64,000 nucleotides of DNA. Source: Chiloscyllium plagiosum. Taxonomy: Eukaryota. Position numbers and translations under genes: made by a program. Shown here piece by piece: positions 12,001-23,900 of the stretch. Each line of letters starts with the position of its first letter. Position 1 is the first letter of the stretch. The stretch is from contig NC_057718.1 in NCBI RefSeq assembly GCF_004010195.1, positions 52,050,522 through 52,114,521 of the forward strand, read 5' to 3'. The notes under the pieces are model-generated. The model was not told where the DNA came from, ran no database searches, and worked only from the letters and a program-made list of their open reading frames with translations.

Positions 12001-12819
12001 TCATTCATCAGATGGGCAACATTCAGTGATTCTCATACATTTCTATGTCTGGTTCAAAATAAGAGCAGAACTTGCAATTATGTGAAGTTTTCATGGAGCC
12101 CAGGTGTTCTAAAGTCTGTTACAGTCACTAGTGTTCAATCATCGTATAGAATCTTCTCCTTTAGCTCGTGATGAAGTTGGAGGTGGGAAGGACATTTAAT
12201 TAGGGCTGGTGTTGCACCTGAACATGGCTGTCTTTCTGCATCCACTCGAATTAAATTCTGGGCAGGAAATCCCATAGTCGAATTCTTGCCTTGGCATTAA
12301 TTAAGGTCCTTAAGCGGTCAGTTAAGGACAACTTAAGGGCCTAGTCCCACTGCTGCTGGGATTTACTCAGTGGCAGACATGACTGTCACCACGGGGAATG
12401 CATGACAGGTCAAACACTGCAGGTCGCTTCGTAAATCGTGGGGGAAGGCAGTTAGTGTGTGTGTTGTGTTTTGTCATATGGAAGATTAGTCAGCTTGTAT
12501 TATCATTGCAACATAGCACATGACCTGAGAGTATAATGATCACATTGTCCATCTCACCTCAGGTCACATGAAGCAAAACACTATTTGGAAGTAAACTTCT
12601 CTGCTGAAAAATGATAACTTATTTTTAGCTCAGACATATTATTTCCTGAAAGATTAAATTTTTCTGAATAATAGTTAGTTACAATAAATATCTGTTGGAT
12701 TCTCCATTGGCACAATATCCACACCCAGTTTCATGTGTTATGCGAGATAATATAAGCACTGCCTTACTACGTCAAGCACCCTGCTGGCAGCAATTTAGGA
12801 ACTGTACATTGAGGGAAGT

Positions 12820-13197
12820 AAGGATAGATATTCCTCTCTCCTTACTTCTGACCCCTGCCCTACCCCCATTCTCTCATTTCCCCACTCACCTTCCCACATT
12901 ACTTATCCATGGCTTGGATGCTTCATCATCCTGAAATCCAGGGCTGTCCTTCCAGTAACCATCATGGAACCGCAATGATGCTCAAATGTTCCTGGCTTCT
13001 GATTTTCTAGAACTCTCTACAAGTGGAATTTCTGTCCCCAGATTTTTTTATATTCCAGGGAAAGGTGCAAGGGTGACCCTGCCACTGCCTGATTGGCATG
13101 TAATTTTGGCAGGCCTTTCCAAAAAGAGGTTTAGCCAGTCTGCCATTGGCTCTTCAGCTTTCAAGAAATACCACTGATGGCACCAGAAAATTCTACC
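12820..13197. mobile_element. Probable MITE / non-autonomous DNA transposon; an inverted related copy lies at ~13873-14105
   Basis: Imperfect termini ggatagatattc...gaaaattctacc; ccttacttctgacccctgc is matched by gcaggggtcagaagtaaag near 14080. Confidence 0.45.
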
Positions 13198-13584
13198 AAA
13201 GCAACAATGATCAGATATTTCTGTTCATTAATCCTGTTGACTGAGATACAAATATTAAACAAGAAAGCAGGCAGAATTTGATTCTCATCTTCAATTCATC
13301 CAATCGAACATTTGGAGTCAACCTAAGATGACAGATAGGGTTCCAGTTTAGAGTCTTATCAGAAAGAAGGATCTCCACTCCACCTATTATTGAAGAGATC
13401 TCCTTTCTCTGACTGCCTGCAAGGAGTAGAAGTCTTACAAAAGCTGTTGGAGACATGTTCCATGGTAGCTTTGATAAGAAGGTGAAAATACATAAGAGTA
13501 CTACAGAATCAGGTTGATAAAGAGCAAGTTAAAGAAGTCTCAGTATGGTTTTGATGATGATTCCATCAGCAGAGATTGTAAGCC

Positions 13585-13825
13585 AATGGGCATCACAATG
13601 GGGAGACAAAGAAAATATGGATTATCCAGATGGTGGTAAGGGTCTGAAACTTAGAGTCTGAAAGGGTAATAAAGACAGAACTCCTCAACCCATTTAAAAG
13701 GTGGTTGGATATGCATCTCAAGCACCACAATGCTAGGACTACGGACCAAATTAGGATTGGTGACTTGATTTTTTTTGCTGGTACAGAAACAAGAAGTCAA
13801 ATGGCCTTCTGTCTTCTAAACTTCC
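13585..13825 (+). mobile_element. CR1 3' tail remnant
   Basis: catttaaaaggtggttggatatgcat...caaatggccttctgtc, the CR1 C-terminus/3' UTR pattern seen elsewhere in the window. Confidence 0.55.
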
Positions 13826-16800
13826 CATGTGTCAACAACTTCCTATAAGGCAGCTATGTGTCACACATGGTTCTTTCCTTGGGATTAAAAATCCAGGGAG
13901 AGGAATCCTGTTTGGAGTCAGTTCCAGAAAATCAGAGCCCAGAGCTCTTGTGCTTAACGGCATGACTGAGGTTTCATGGCGGTTGATGGAAGGAGAGTCC
14001 TGGAATCCCAGAATGTTAGAGCACCCAAGCCATAGAAAAATAATGTGAGCAGGGTGAATGGGAAATGGGGGAATGGAAGCAGGGGTCAGAAGTAAAGATA
14101 GAAGGTGGCTCTATCAGGTTCTTTCTTTCAAATGTTTGTTGTCAACAGGATGTTTTATGGTCATTTAAAGGAATATTTCCTGTCATTATTTTCAGGATTG
14201 CAAAGCAACATTACATGATATTTCACATAGAAGCAGAGGTTTAGCTTGTGTGCTGTGTCCCAACAGCTTGTGTGAAAGTCTTGAGTTATTTTGGGTCAAA
14301 AAGAAAGATGGACACCTGTGAAGGACACTCAATCTCTATGTTATGTACCAACTGCCTCATTTGCACTGTACCTTCATTATAAATAGCGACTATTTTGATA
14401 AAATAAATGATTCTCAACCACATACTTTCCTAATGAATCCACAAATTTGCAGACTAAAAGTGACACATCACAAATTTACATACTATGCAAGTTGCTGGAC
14501 AATTTTCTTTGTTTTGTATAGCTTTGTTTTGTGGCTGCCAATGGAACCTAACAATGATCATGAAACACTGGATATATAATGCTGCTGCAAATTATGCCTG
14601 CTCTATTCAAAATCAAACTGAAAATTAATGCAAAAACCGTGTTGCGTGCCATGTCAAGACCTTTCATAATGCCATGTACAGGACATTAGGAAAATTATAT
14701 GATTCATTGGTCCATTTATGCCAGTAACTCTGGAGGCCCAGGAAGAGAACACAGAAAACTATGGGATCTCACACTTGCAAACTGTACTTTTAAAATTCAT
14801 TTTCGCGGCAATATTGAAATGTGATATTTGTATTATGCATGTGCCTATCTTGTCATTCACACAAATTACATATTTTTCCAAAAGATATTTTTTTGGAATA
14901 CAGCATGATGTAAATTAAAATGTGATATGTGGGAAGTGTGCCTGCTGAAAGGAATTCAGTGATTGTGGACCAATGGCTCTCAGAACTCCATTACTCTGAA
15001 TTCATAGAGGTTGATTGCTCTAATTGGTTAACAACTCTATCGTAAATGTACTTTGCAATTACCAGGAAAGGAGAACATAAACTATATGGACCTTTGTAAA
15101 CATGGAGTAATTCCAACGTCTCGAAGAAAGGAGTGCAATGGATGTTCTACTATTTATGTTTGTGATTGGCAAAATCTTAGTATTCGATCAAGAACTTTTA
15201 TACACTTTACGTTCCTATGCTGCCACATACTTATCAACTTATTTAGGTCAATGACATTGCAATGATCTTTACTTCTGATGAGGTTTTAAATTATTTTCTT
15301 ATTTTTTTTTCTCATTGTCATCTCATCTCTTCCACTCTAGTGCCTTTCCTCTCCGTCTTGTAATAACTTGTCTCTAGCTCACACCAGTTTCTTCTCTATC
15401 TTTTATCCTTTCTTTTGACTTTGACATAAAGGGTTAAATATACCTCATTGGTATGATTCCATTTGCAACACTATTACATCACTATTTCAACAATTTGTGA
15501 CACAAATGTAGTGAGATGCCAAGAGTGAGCATAAAAGGTCCTGGAACTTTTGCATTGCATTGGTTGTACCCCAAACTCTGGGCTAGGAAGTCCAGGTTCA
15601 AATTCCACCTGCCATGGAAGTGTGTTATAACATGACCCAAGAGTTTGATTAAAAATGAGTCCAAATGATCTTAATCATTGCTAAATCTGGATCTGCAACG
15701 CATCTGGTCCATCAATATTGCAAGTCCCAGTCAGAAAAGGTTTTAAAGTTTGAAGGGACCTGTTAATGTCTAATTTCTTCATTATATTCTCAAAAGCTTC
15801 AAAATCTCTAAGATGGGATTTCTATAAGCAAATATTGCCAAGAGAGTGACAAAATATGGACTATTAGTGTTGAATTCCACTGTCAGACTTTGATACCGAG
15901 GACTTCCACGGACTAAAATATTTTTAAAACAGACAAAATACTGAATTAAAAAACCTTCAGCAATCTCCTTACTACAAAGGTTAGCTCGGCTTCATGAAGC
16001 CAATGTGGAACAAACAGAAGTGTTTGAACTAAAATAAATATTTTATCAAAGGCACTGAAATTATTCTGACATGAAGAGGCCCTCATCTCATATTCTGTTG
16101 TGCACATTTATGGGAATTTTCAGACATTGGAGATGGAACCTTGGCTACATGAAACAAGCTTATAATTCAAGGAGCTGCTGTGGCAGAGCTAAGGAGATTA
16201 ATTTTTGACTGCAGAGCTGTCAACAGCTGGAAGAAGTTTTCTCTCAGTCTCTTAAGAAGAAAAAGTGCCTGAAGTCAAGAAATAGTCACTACTGCTGATA
16301 GTTCAAGACATGAATTAAATAATCATGATCTCTGACTAAAATGTTATGCCTAAAGGACCCCAAAAGATTTTACTTAGTCTTTCCTTTTATCTTCCTTTGT
16401 TCTGGACACTGACCTTTTTTTCACATTATAATTGTGTGTGGAGGCTTGAACTTGCACCCTCATTGTTTTTCTTGGGTTAAGCAGACAATAGATGTGCTGT
16501 TTATTTCACTCAATCAAATGTGTTTAATTGGCTCCTTATTGTTCCTGGTGAATACAGTTAACTTTTTTTAATTGGAGAGATGGAAGCCTTGTCCTAAATA
16601 AGATAATATATAAACATCATGTATTACGTATTTAAGATTGTATATGCTGTATAAAGTGCAAGAATGCTGCTATGTATTGATCTCAACATTAATTATGTTC
16701 ATCATGATGAATTTATACCTCATTGCCAGCTCATAGGTTGTCGTATGTGTTTCTAGTACAACAACGTCAAATGTATTCTCTTGAGATGCTTGATGGATAA

Positions 16801-18672
16801 CCATGTTGAGCATATGTCAAATGCTGCACATTAAGTTAACACATTCGTAGAGATGGTCCTGGATTTTCTAGGTACTCATTCTTTCCTGAATGACTTTAAT
16901 AAAACAGTTGTATTTATATTAAATAGCCAGTAAATCTCACGGTCTTTTTTTTCAAAGCCAGCTAATTACTAAATTCAACTTAACACCTTCTTTAGGTGAG
17001 AAATGGATGCACCACCTCTAGAATGTCTGTACTATTATTAATATATGCTGCACTTCAATAATGAGAAGTAGTGGAACATTTGTAAACAATATCACAAGCA
17101 CAAGCCTGGAGATATTCATCAATTGCTGTGTCTGTGACCTTACTTACTAACTAGCTGAACCAAGAGTCTAGGGACACCATAAGTTTGATTCCAAATATGT
17201 TCTAAATTAGCTGCTCACAGTTAGGACAGTGGCAGGAATGCTGCACAATTTATCAACACCTTCTTGTATCAGTCAGTGCTACCACTGTTGATTTCTGATT
17301 CGTGACTGTTCCTGGAAGTATATGTGCATTAATCTAGAAATAGGCTGTGTCAATTTTGTCTGCAATATCCTCTGCAGTCAAATAAATTTTCAAAGCTCAA
17401 TATGTGAATAAAACACTATTTTGGAAAGCACTACGGCCGATAGACACAATCACAGGAAGGAATCTGGTGAGGAATGCGAGCATGTAGAATCTCTTTTGTG
17501 TAAGAAAGGTTGAGTCAGCAGCAGCAGCACTGACAATCACATTCTACAGTAGCTTGATGGAACGTTTCAGAGTTGCCAACAAACCAGTAAATTCTCCAGA
17601 GGACAAAGTACTGAATTTTATCTTGAAAATTATTTAAATAATTTCAACTGAACATCAACTGAAACAACCATTGGCAGATATGATTTGAGTGAGAGAAGAC
17701 AAAATTAAATCAGGAATAGAAACTTTTCATTATGAAACTTAGTCAAGGATCAGTCAGAGTCATAAAAATGTATGTATCCACATCACTTGCCATGTGACAA
17801 AATGACCAGTGACTTGAATCAGTGCAGTTATATTAAGTGGACACTGTTATCATTAACTTCACACTAGGAACTGTGCAATGTTCATAGATCAGAACTACAT
17901 TTTCTATTCTTTCATCTTGTCAGAGCAGTGTGTTCAAGGCAGAATGTTAGTCAGATGAAATAATGTGTCATTAGAACAAATCATGGCTTTTCACACAACT
18001 GCATGAGTCAAATATTTCAAAGGTTCAGAACATTTTTGCTTTGGTTTATTAGCAGAAGGCAGCACTGGCAATTCTGAAATACAAATGGGGGATACTGAAT
18101 ATTGAAATTTGTAATCGAAGTATTGTAAACACAGAGTCATTATTCGTTTGAAAACGAATATTGGGCTAATCAACTGAGATGTTAGCAGATGACTTACAAA
18201 AAATGGACAGCATGTAGAAGAGGCAATCTGCTATTGCCTGTTTCACTTCAATGTTTAAAATTCTTTCTCAAGCACACAATCAATGGTTGAAGTAAATGGT
18301 ATAGTTGCTTTTAAGGGAAAACAGATAAGCAAATGTTGGATAAGGGAAAAGATGCTAAACAATGGTAAATTTAGATGAAGAAAGTTGAAGACTAGTTAAG
18401 CGGAGTATGAACACTAGCATGGACTGGTTAGGTTTTCTGCACTCATATTTAAAAGTAATCCAATGCAAAAATGACACTTCTAGTATGGGGGGGTTGACTA
18501 TGTGCACTATAGTTTACAATTTGATAATAAATAATAACTGCATGGGATAAACACTGCTAAATACATTCTAGAGCAATCTTTTATCATACTGAACAGTCTG
18601 AAAGGGGAATTTTATTTCTTTATTCTGGATCACAATCAAAATGGAATTACTGCTATTATCAAACTTCAATAT

Positions 18673-19278
18673 TGTGACAATGCTGCCCCTGTAACAAGGT
18701 TATTCTGTCCTTGGGTTTTTTCGAGAGGGAGCGTAAAGACAGAGGTTCCTATATGTCTGGAAATACCTACTTAAAAGAAAACTTAAAAGCTGTTTCAAAA
18801 ACACTTGTGTAATGAAAGGGGAGTGGCTTGTTCTCCCAGTTCAGCCATTCCCTTGGGTTTGCTTTGGTATTAGCAAGCAGTCTGTTTGAAGTTGCTGGTC
18901 AAGTTTTAGCTGGGCATCCAAAGAAACAACTCCATGTTGATCCTCTCTCGCTGACATCTCTCCTGTAAGAACTTCTGTTTGATTTTCTATTTTTTGTCAA
19001 GGGGGTGTTTATGGGGATGTTGCAAGTATTTGGAACAGCACACTAAGTTTTGATAGAGTCAATTGAGTTTTCCGATAGTCATTCTAAATTTGGTTCTCTT
19101 TTGTTGGTGTTTCATTCAGTTGTCTGTAAAGAAAATCTGTTTTGTCTAAAACTAAGTGGTTAGGTCAGCTGCATCACTTCTGGAATATCCACTAACTCCT
19201 ACTCAAAGCAACTAGTAAAGTTAGGGTCTGGGCTACCTTCTTGAAATATTTTGAGGGGGTCTGGCCTGGTCTAGAACA
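18673..19278 (+). mobile_element. Solo LTR with 4-bp TSD
   Basis: TG...CA termini (tgtgacaatg...ctagaaca), ATAT on both sides (18669-18672, 19279-19282); homologous over its length to 44821-45437 in the opposite orientation. Confidence 0.8.
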
Positions 19279-19639
19279 ATATTGATAAGAAACTGCAACA
19301 GAATGCCATGTTTCATCTCTTTAATATTTGGATGGCTTTTGTGTATATGAAAACATGCCATGTTCTCCTGAATATAGAAAGACATCTGTTTCAAGTAATG
19401 TGTTTAAGAGCTGCCACAAATTAAAATGAAAACACTTGAAGTATAAATTTGGTAAGCCAGTGAGGACACAAAGGCATTTACGCAAATGTCCCACTTCTCA
19501 TAAAAAAATGAATACTACTATCTTTTGCAGCTACAAGTTGCTGAAGTTAACTAATATCATGGTCAACAACAAAACCATGTGTAAATTCTTTGCCATCACA
19601 CTTTCATCAATCCTTGCAACATACCATTAGAAAACATGC

Positions 19640-22420
19640 ATGAGCTAAAGGTTAAGTGCATGTGTTGTCATTGTCTGAGCGTCTGGTATCTAATCATTCA
19701 TAGGGTGATGTTGCATCGCTTGGGAATGTTCATGTGGTGAGTGCTGTAGCTGTGGCAGCTGTTGTTGTGAATCCATTTCTACTCTTGGGAAACAATGGAT
19801 CTCTCGGACCAATAGTTATTCGGAATGCTGTGCAGATGGCAAAATTACATTTTCCTGATCAGCTGGTTGTAGTGATATAACAGCTTTTCTAATTGCACTA
19901 AGATGTCTGTGGTTTTTACAATGTATCTGGATATTCATAGTCATGTTGCACCATCAATACAACAGCTGCATCATACAAGTTCTAAGTTGTGTTACAGGCT
20001 GATTCTGGTGAAAAGTGTTCAACATTATATTAAGGAAGGCTCACCAGACTCAAAACGTTAACTGTGATTTCTCTTCTCAGATGCTGCCAGACCTGCTGAG
20101 TTTTTCCAGCAACTTCTGTTTTTGTAGGAAATGTTCTCATCTGGCAATGATTTTGCATTTTTATCATATGAATTTTGGCTTATCATTATTTTACCTTAAT
20201 GCTGTCATTCATGCCTGTTACTGCTTTTGGCTTCAGTTGTTTTTATTATAATACAAGTGGTTTTGGTGCAGCATTACATTTTCTTTGGAATGAACAACTT
20301 TCCATTGCTTCAGTGGCATGTTTCCTGACTCAAGGATTGTCCCGTACAAGTCCGTGTTGGATTTGGTCAATTCCTTTATGATCCTCAGCCTTTCCTTTTG
20401 ACTAGGGAGAATGTGGGGATGTTGCATGAATTTCCCAATAATTTCTGAATTACTTACTCATGAATTGAGGACACTTGTCACTTGGCACAATGCCAGGAAT
20501 GCCATAATGTTTGAATTGTGCTTTCAGCTGTTCTACAATTTCACTATAATCATAGACATCAGCTTAACCAATTCCCAGTATTCAGGATAATAACCAAAAG
20601 TCAGAAGATAATTAGTTCCTCTGAGAATGGAATGGTCAACTCCAAACTTCAGTCATGATCTGGGATGCTGGGTATGTTAAGCAGTTCTTTAACTTGTTTA
20701 GTATTCATTACAAGCACTGCGCTGGTTGATAGAGGGCTTAATTGCATTTCTAATCGTTTTCCCAAAGAGCCTTTCTCTTGCCTTCTCCATGTGTGACTCA
20801 ATTGCCAATCGCTTGCATGGATGCACACCAGCATCTCTATTCTTTGGGATAATGGTTCCATTTCTGCTATATATATATATATTATATATGGACATCTTGG
20901 ATTTTCATATCATTGCTGCATCTTCAAATTATCTCTTACGGCAACAGGAATGTCCTTTATTTTCTCAGGCTATCATTTCATCACTACATCGTGGAGTAGA
21001 TGGTCAGTTGCATCTTGTTGTGAAGTTTCTTTGATTTGAGAAAGACCATTGTCTTTCAAATTCAATGTCACTGATGGCTTAATGATATCCAGAACATGTT
21101 AAGTGTATGATAGATCCACTACTTTCTTCATAGGGAATGCTGCTTTTGACAGCAGTTGGTAATTTACATCTATTTCCCTTGCCTATATGTCCAGATGAAA
21201 TGTCTGCAGATGAAATAATATTTTCTACACATACTTTGAAATGGATACAGACAATTTAGGGGAGATACGTCGTAGTAGTAGCTTCTGGTCAAACTCCACT
21301 GTCACTTTCTGTCTACTAAAAAATGTCTTGATTAAAATACTCACAAGCAAAACAATAGCCAGAAACTCTTTCTCAATCTAATAGCAGTGTCCTTTAGTTT
21401 GAGCCCTGGATGCAAATGTAAATCAGTTATGTTCACTGGCCTCTCATTGCAAGGTTAGCTTGCCACTGATGTAGTTGTATGTCAGCACTGGCAATGTCAA
21501 CAGTAATTGTTTGTGTCCAATGAAAGCTACTTCCTCTTTTGAGCCCTATAATCATTCTATATCTTTAAGTGGGTTTGCATACAAGTTCACTCTTTAGTAA
21601 CAAATCAGACAGGAATTTTGCTAGATAGTTCACAAATCAAACATGGTACTAAACAGTTTTCACTTTTGATCATTGCATCCCTGACACAGCTCTCACCCTT
21701 TCAGAATCCACGACCAGTACTTTTGCTGTCAGCATATGACCATTGCATGAGTTCAGGCATCTTAAATTGCATCTTTTCCTTGTTAAGATTCAGGTTCATC
21801 TGGTGCACTCTCCCTCACAGTCACACTGGATTCTGATTGTGGTCAGTGATGATTTATTCCATCTTATCTTCACATCTGCAGATTATCTGCAATATTGTCT
21901 ACTCCAGAAGGATTACTGACTATCTTGTACTTCTTTGCTGATACTCTTACAGAGCTGTGGAAATGCCAATTGGCATGCATAATCATTAATATCATCTGAA
22001 TGGCAACCAAAATGCAGCCAGTAATTAGAAAACTGCTTGTATCAACCATCTTTACTTGTTATTAAAAACCTTTGCATTGAGAGCAACAGCACTTTTTCCC
22101 AATAATAAGGTTGCAATTTTGACTGTCTTAGTCACTTTATTTAATTTTGCAGCTATTTCAGCCTGTGTGTGTGGAAAAGATCCAGTTCTGCCTCATATCT
22201 TCTTTTATCCCCATAGCAGCAGTCATTGGAAAATTCACAACAATTCTGACTCAGATGGAATTTCAAATTTGCAGCCTGCAGATTTAATTTTGCCTTGCTT
22301 TTGTTTTTTAGAAATGGTGGTTGGCTTTCTTACAACCGTGAAAATGCATTGAATTTCAGCTGGAAACCTCTGATCTATGTTTCACTTAACTTGCATTATG
22401 GAAGACACAAACGGAAATGA
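19640..22420 (-). mobile_element. Ty3/Gypsy internal region, decayed (RNase H, integrase; gag-like remnant upstream)
   Basis: Minus strand TFASRAQT...IEKEFLAIV (RNase H, ~21340-21420); IESHMEKARERLF...SACNEY (integrase Zn-binding region); HATSPHSP*SKGKAE...IIKELTKSNTDLYGTILESGNMP (integrase core). Outer limits approximate. Confidence 0.75.
20030..20125 (+). mobile_element. PLE terminal repeat (family D) inside the Gypsy remnant
   Basis: gactcaaaacgttaactgtg...cagatgctgccagacctgctgagtttttccagc; degenerate hammerhead 3' half. Confidence 0.7.
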
Positions 22421-23010
22421 AAGCACTTACAACAAAGGTAGAGGTCAAATGACTATGGCAAGCTAGCAAATACACTATGTACAAAGACATTTCTCAAAAT
22501 AGTATCATGCATAACTCAGTCTATTTATTAAATCCTATTGGTCTCCATGGTTGAGAGGCAATTATATTATTTTTGAAAGATATATTCAAAAGAGAAAACA
22601 AACCTCTGCTTAATGTCCTGAGAAAGAAGTACTGTATTTTAGAAAATTTCCACCTACACCATTGACATTTTTATTTTCTAATATAGTTGATGTTACTTTG
22701 TGTTTGTACTACTTATCCCACTGATTTTCTAACTATTAAAGCTAAACCATGTGTAAGATCAATATTTTTGGCTGACTTTCAAGAAATATAACACACCAGA
22801 AATGTTTTGCAGAAGGAAACTTGACAACATTGGTATAGTAGGGAAGAAGGAAACATTTTTCTCAAAATTCAAGTTTTTGTACTATTGTTGTCAAAAACAT
22901 CTATTCAAGTAAACACATGAAATCAAAAGCTGCTCAGTTCACCAGACAATTTATTCAAGGAAGAATGTTAAAGGGTTAATTCCTAATCTTTATTAACTTA
23001 TTCTTGCCAG

Positions 23011-23510
23011 NNNNNNNNNNNNNNNNNNNNNNNNNNNNNNNNNNNNNNNNNNNNNNNNNNNNNNNNNNNNNNNNNNNNNNNNNNNNNNNNNNNNNNNNNN
23101 NNNNNNNNNNNNNNNNNNNNNNNNNNNNNNNNNNNNNNNNNNNNNNNNNNNNNNNNNNNNNNNNNNNNNNNNNNNNNNNNNNNNNNNNNNNNNNNNNNNN
23201 NNNNNNNNNNNNNNNNNNNNNNNNNNNNNNNNNNNNNNNNNNNNNNNNNNNNNNNNNNNNNNNNNNNNNNNNNNNNNNNNNNNNNNNNNNNNNNNNNNNN
23301 NNNNNNNNNNNNNNNNNNNNNNNNNNNNNNNNNNNNNNNNNNNNNNNNNNNNNNNNNNNNNNNNNNNNNNNNNNNNNNNNNNNNNNNNNNNNNNNNNNNN
23401 NNNNNNNNNNNNNNNNNNNNNNNNNNNNNNNNNNNNNNNNNNNNNNNNNNNNNNNNNNNNNNNNNNNNNNNNNNNNNNNNNNNNNNNNNNNNNNNNNNNN
23501 NNNNNNNNNN
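23011..23510. other. Assembly gap (exactly 500 N)
   Basis: Run of N; the round length suggests a fixed-size scaffolding spacer. Confidence 0.99.
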
Positions 23511-23900
23511 CATTTAATTTATGCCACTGTAGGACGTCAAATACTACTTATGCTAGACACTGCCAATACCATTGCTGACATAGGTGACCAACAAGGCAAC
23601 AGAGCACTAAAACACTGGCAACAAAGGAAATGTTAAGAATTTACATAAATGCAAGTACATCGATGATATTCGGAGTCAACAAAGTTAAAGACAAAATTCA
23701 CTGAATGATCAACTTTCCATATTGTTAACTTCAATGCCATGTTGATGATAGAAGGCAACCTGAAGCTTGCACAGCCATTGATATCTTACGCACTTAAAAG
23801 GCAGGACCACACATATTAAAAGCTAAAATTGACACAGGATCTAGTGCCAACATATTGTCATTATATGTCCTTAATGATGTGTACCTTAACGAACAGGCAC
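23511..23900 (+). mobile_element. Gypsy gag-protease remnant
   Basis: HILKAKIDTGSSANILSLYVLNDVY; retroviral-type aspartyl protease DTG motif at 23831-23839. Confidence 0.7.

Noticed and set aside
22998..23636. ORFs of 171 and 210 aa
   Set aside because: Artefacts of translating through the N gap.
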